Source of the DNA: Takakia lepidozioides
Lineage: Eukaryota; Plantae; Bryophyta
DNA: 26,027 nt
Direction: 5' to 3'
Assembly (NCBI GenBank): GCA_030704615.1
Contig: JAKLZA010000044.1
Coordinates: 1-26,027, forward strand
The position numbers and the translations under genes are program-made. Positions within the stretch are counted from its first letter, which is position 1; each line of letters starts with the position of its first letter. The notes under the pieces were generated by a model, which ran no database searches, was not told the origin of the DNA, and saw only the letters and a program-made list of their open reading frames with translations. Of the stretch, positions 23,152-26,027 are shown one piece after another.

Positions 23152-23348
23152 ACTACATTTATTTTAGGGTTAATCTTTTGAGAGGAATTTCTTTCAAAAA
23201 AATTCTTTCCAAGTTCCATCAATGTAGACAAAAAGGAACGCTAAGCAGAGAAACTAAAATCAATAGAAGGTATTTTTGGCTGTATTTGTGAGCGCCTCGT
23301 ACTGGCAACATTGTCTACAGTTCTAACTGACTCAGGCACATGGGATAA

Positions 23349-25540
23349 TCAGTTCCCCTTCAATTTCTTAAGAACATCAGCTGCGGTTCCGCTATCAAGC
23401 ACTTGCAGCGTGATGTTGCCGTGAACAACTCCAAAACTAGGTCCAATGTGTGTCACATTTCCTGTTGAGATAACCTGGTTATGACCTCCAAATATTCTCT
23501 CCAATTTATCGCTATTCTGGTTCAAGGCTTTGGTAATAGCATCTTGAGCTTCCTGACTCTCCCAGAATGAGTCGTCGTCGACTTGGGTAACATTACTCTT
23601 ACAAGGAGCCGTAGTAAGAGCCGATGATGAAGTAGAGTAGGATTTCTGGTTAACTTTGTCACTGACAGAGAGAATACCGCTTGAATGAATCGCTGGAACT
23701 TGAGAGTGCATAATATTTGAATTAACTGCTCCAGTAGATCCATTTCCCTGATAATCGCCATACTCAGATTCAATTACCCTTTTGTAATTCTCTTTCTCTT
23801 CTTCAAGAGCTTGTTCATATGAAAGAGGCTTTCCATTGCACACTTCACTAGATACAATTCGTTGCAGGGCACAATCTCTCACCATTTTGTTCATTTGATT
23901 GTATCTGCATACAAAAGAATAATAGCAATATATAAGTGTAAGATATTACCACCACAAAAGCAGGAAACATAGAGATCTAGATAGAATGTAACATACTTGC
24001 CATATGCCTTAGCACTCCTGTGACCTGTAAGCTCCATTCCATGTTCTTGTGGAACATAAGCCTCCTCCATCCGTGTCATTCCAACATCGCGACCAGTCTT
24101 GTTGGTAAGAACTTTGCCGGCTAATTCTGGCAGCTCCCTCATCATCTTGTTCGTGTAGGAGCGCAACGAATTTCTACATACAGGAATCTTCGAGAACCAG
24201 TCATCATCAGTAAACTTCCATTTCTGCCTTGGTGTAAGGAACATAGGGTGCGGCCCTAATTCCTGAGGAGTCCACGTAGGTCGTTTCTTGATCAGCAGTT
24301 TGTAGAGATCAATCACATGTGCATCCTGACAATCAACAGGTTTTCTATGATCTTCCGCACTGCAATGACTGATATCCAGTTGATAATTCTTGGAGATGCC
24401 CTGGCAAAACCTACAAAGAAAGTACAAAATGTCAAACCAATATAACTGTGAAGACCTGTACTTTGACTAAAAAGCATGTTAACATAATGGAATTCATGCA
24501 CTGATCATTGTATGTTGTGGCAAAACATGCAAAGAAAATACAAGATGTCAAGCCAACGTAAATCTGAAGGTATTTCCAAAAAGCATGAATTAACATAATG
24601 CAATTCGTGCACTCACCGCAGAACAACTCCCAACCGCGTCTCAACTAGAGTGAAATCCTCTTCGTCCACTTTGCGAAGCTCAGCGGAAGCTCTTACGAAG
24701 AAATTTCGAGTACACATGTAGCTAAACCGCATATTGAGACCAGATGGTGAGTCAGGCTGACAAAGTTTTTGGCTCAACATAAGGATTTCTTCCTGCTTAG
24801 TTAGCACATCGTTTTTTTTAACAACGCGTCCCAAACCTGCATTGCATGAGCGACGAACAGCCTTGTCCGCGGCCAGTTTCACTTGGCATATCTCGGATCA
24901 TTCATAATGTTGAAGGTGCAAGCTGGCGCTTCTGCAGACTCAACTATCCGCATCTCGCAACGTGCTCTGGGTACAAAGAGCCATCGCTCTTAGTCACCTC
25001 TAATATGAATAATGTTAGCATGTCTACCAACAATTTCACATCAGTTTCTGACAGGTCCGCCATGGATTTTTCTGTCGAGTAACCTTTATGCTCCCTCCAG
25101 CAGTCGAATGCTCGACGGGCCCATAACTCACCGTGCCTATTGCGACGCTGACCTCCTCCCAACACATTCTGCAGCTCACTCTCGTCAACCTCTCGGAAGC
25201 GCCTAACCAAATTAACATCACTTCTAGGCTGCGTTGAAGTACATGCTTGCGGATCCTTGTCATCACCGTTATTAGGCACATCATAATCATCATCAGGTAA
25301 TCTTCGACAAGAGGAATACACCTAACGACCTCAGAATTAGTGCTGGCTTCTACAAAATCTAGACTCCAAACCTGACTCATATGGTTGAGAGCTACAAGTA
25401 AGAGTAACTTCAGCTTCAGATATGATATCGTCAAAAGCTTGAGAGATATCAAGATCAAATGCAACAGAAGCATGATGTTCAACATGAATTCCCAAACAAA
25501 TTTTCTTCAGCGATGAATCTTGAAAATCCTCGACACTCAT
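23349..25540 (-). pseudogene. Tyrosine recombinase of DUF3504/Crypton type, intron-containing, frameshifted in its 5' half
   Basis: Motifs WARRAFDCW, FILEVTKSDGSLYP, GLGRVVKKNDVLTKQEE, PDSPSGL, NFFVRASAELR (catalytic R), SKN, KRP, TNKTGR (HxxR box) and TGHRSAKAYGK|Y (H and nucleophile Y). In-phase GT-AG introns at 24616-24411 and 23996-23905. Frame breaks near 25.35 kb, 24.96 kb and 24882. The start codon (25540) is tentative. Confidence 0.85.
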
Positions 25541-25840
25541 TGTTTACCAAAACGGCATGAAATAATTGCAACATGTCAATCAACCATTCTACGCCTGACG
25601 ACGCCATGTCGAAGATGAGGCACATATGATAATAGAATCCAAATTAAAAGCAATGCAAGGACGAGATCAGTATCTGCACGGGGACCTGACGTCTTCATCG
25701 CGACTGAGTGTAGAGAACACATGTAGGTTTAAAATAAGAAAGGGTGGAAAACGTGTCAACCCTAGAAAGAAATGGCCATCGAAAAGATGGCAGACTGGAA
25801 AGAAATGAGCGGGAAAGAAAAATTTCCCAGTTTTTCACGT

Positions 25841-25959
25841 TTGGGAAGGGTTGTTCCCACGGCCCTTCCTGAATTTTCGAGCACCCGGAACTCGGGCTCC
25901 GCCCTCGTTGCCGGTGCTCTCAAATTCAGGAAGGGCCTTGGGAACGACCCCTTCCCTAA
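25841..25959. repeat. About 120-bp foldback at the right terminus of the YR element
   Basis: Arms 25843-25876 and 25922-25956 (perfect 16-bp core GGCCCTTCCTGAATTT; two mismatches and one indel overall). Inner stems GAGCACC/GGTGCTC and GGGC-tcc-GCCC. Confidence 0.95.
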
Positions 25960-25960
25960 T

Positions 25961-25991
25961 ACAAATGGCTTGGTAGCGTGTAAATGCCACC
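25961..25991 (-). pseudogene. SnRK1: 5' part of the interrupted SnRK1 exon (GGIYTLPSHL)
   Basis: Acceptor TTTGTGCAG (26000-25992), then GGT GGC ATT TAC ACG CTA CCA AGC CAT TTG T. The rest of the kinase domain would lie beyond the window. Confidence 0.9.
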
Positions 25992-26027
25992 CTGCACAAA
26001 CAGGCACCCGCCATCTTCACCCCGCCA

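Larger units (their letters stand above)
22986..25960 (-). mobile_element. Complete Crypton-like tyrosine-recombinase element (2975 bp) inserted in a SnRK1 exon
   Basis: Removing 22986-25960 plus one AC rejoins the host exon in frame (GGIYTLPSHL-L-PGARD). AC is present at 22984-22985 and 25961-25962. Contains a single YR gene and structured ends. Confidence 0.9.

Noticed and set aside
25322-25371. 50-bp GT-AG intron repairing the YR N-terminus
   Set aside because: Splicing from the 25540 start gives the wrong phase and a stop within ten codons. Frameshift decay is the simpler reading.
13600-25960. A giant Starship-like element with the YR as captain and the 13.6-23 kb mosaic as cargo
   Set aside because: Both ends of the YR element are fixed by the split exon and enclose only 2975 bp.

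Overview
Eukaryotic nuclear DNA from a land plant. A non-seed plant such as a bryophyte is inferred from the PLS-PPR style but is not proven. Left half: the last codons of an Unc-13/PATROL1-like gene, a 1097-aa PLS-class PPR gene followed by a decayed out-of-frame DYW deaminase remnant, an arabinogalactan-like membrane protein, and a six-exon DSP8/PTPMT1-like phosphatase. The middle (about 13.9-20 kb) is a degenerate mosaic of unassigned ORF pieces, an isolated MOS14-like exon, two MITE-like elements and tandem repeats. The right end holds a SnRK1 kinase pseudogene with one exon split cleanly (GGIYTLPSHL | xPGARDLIPR) by a complete 2975-bp element (22986-25960). The element encodes an intron-containing Crypton/DUF3504-type tyrosine recombinase and no reverse transcriptase. 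It has a 2-bp AC repeat at both junctions, a 120-bp terminal foldback, and an internal inverted copy of its own predicted circle junction, reminiscent of a DIRS internal complementary region. This element is the main candidate for an undescribed system. All family assignments come from motif recognition, not database searches.
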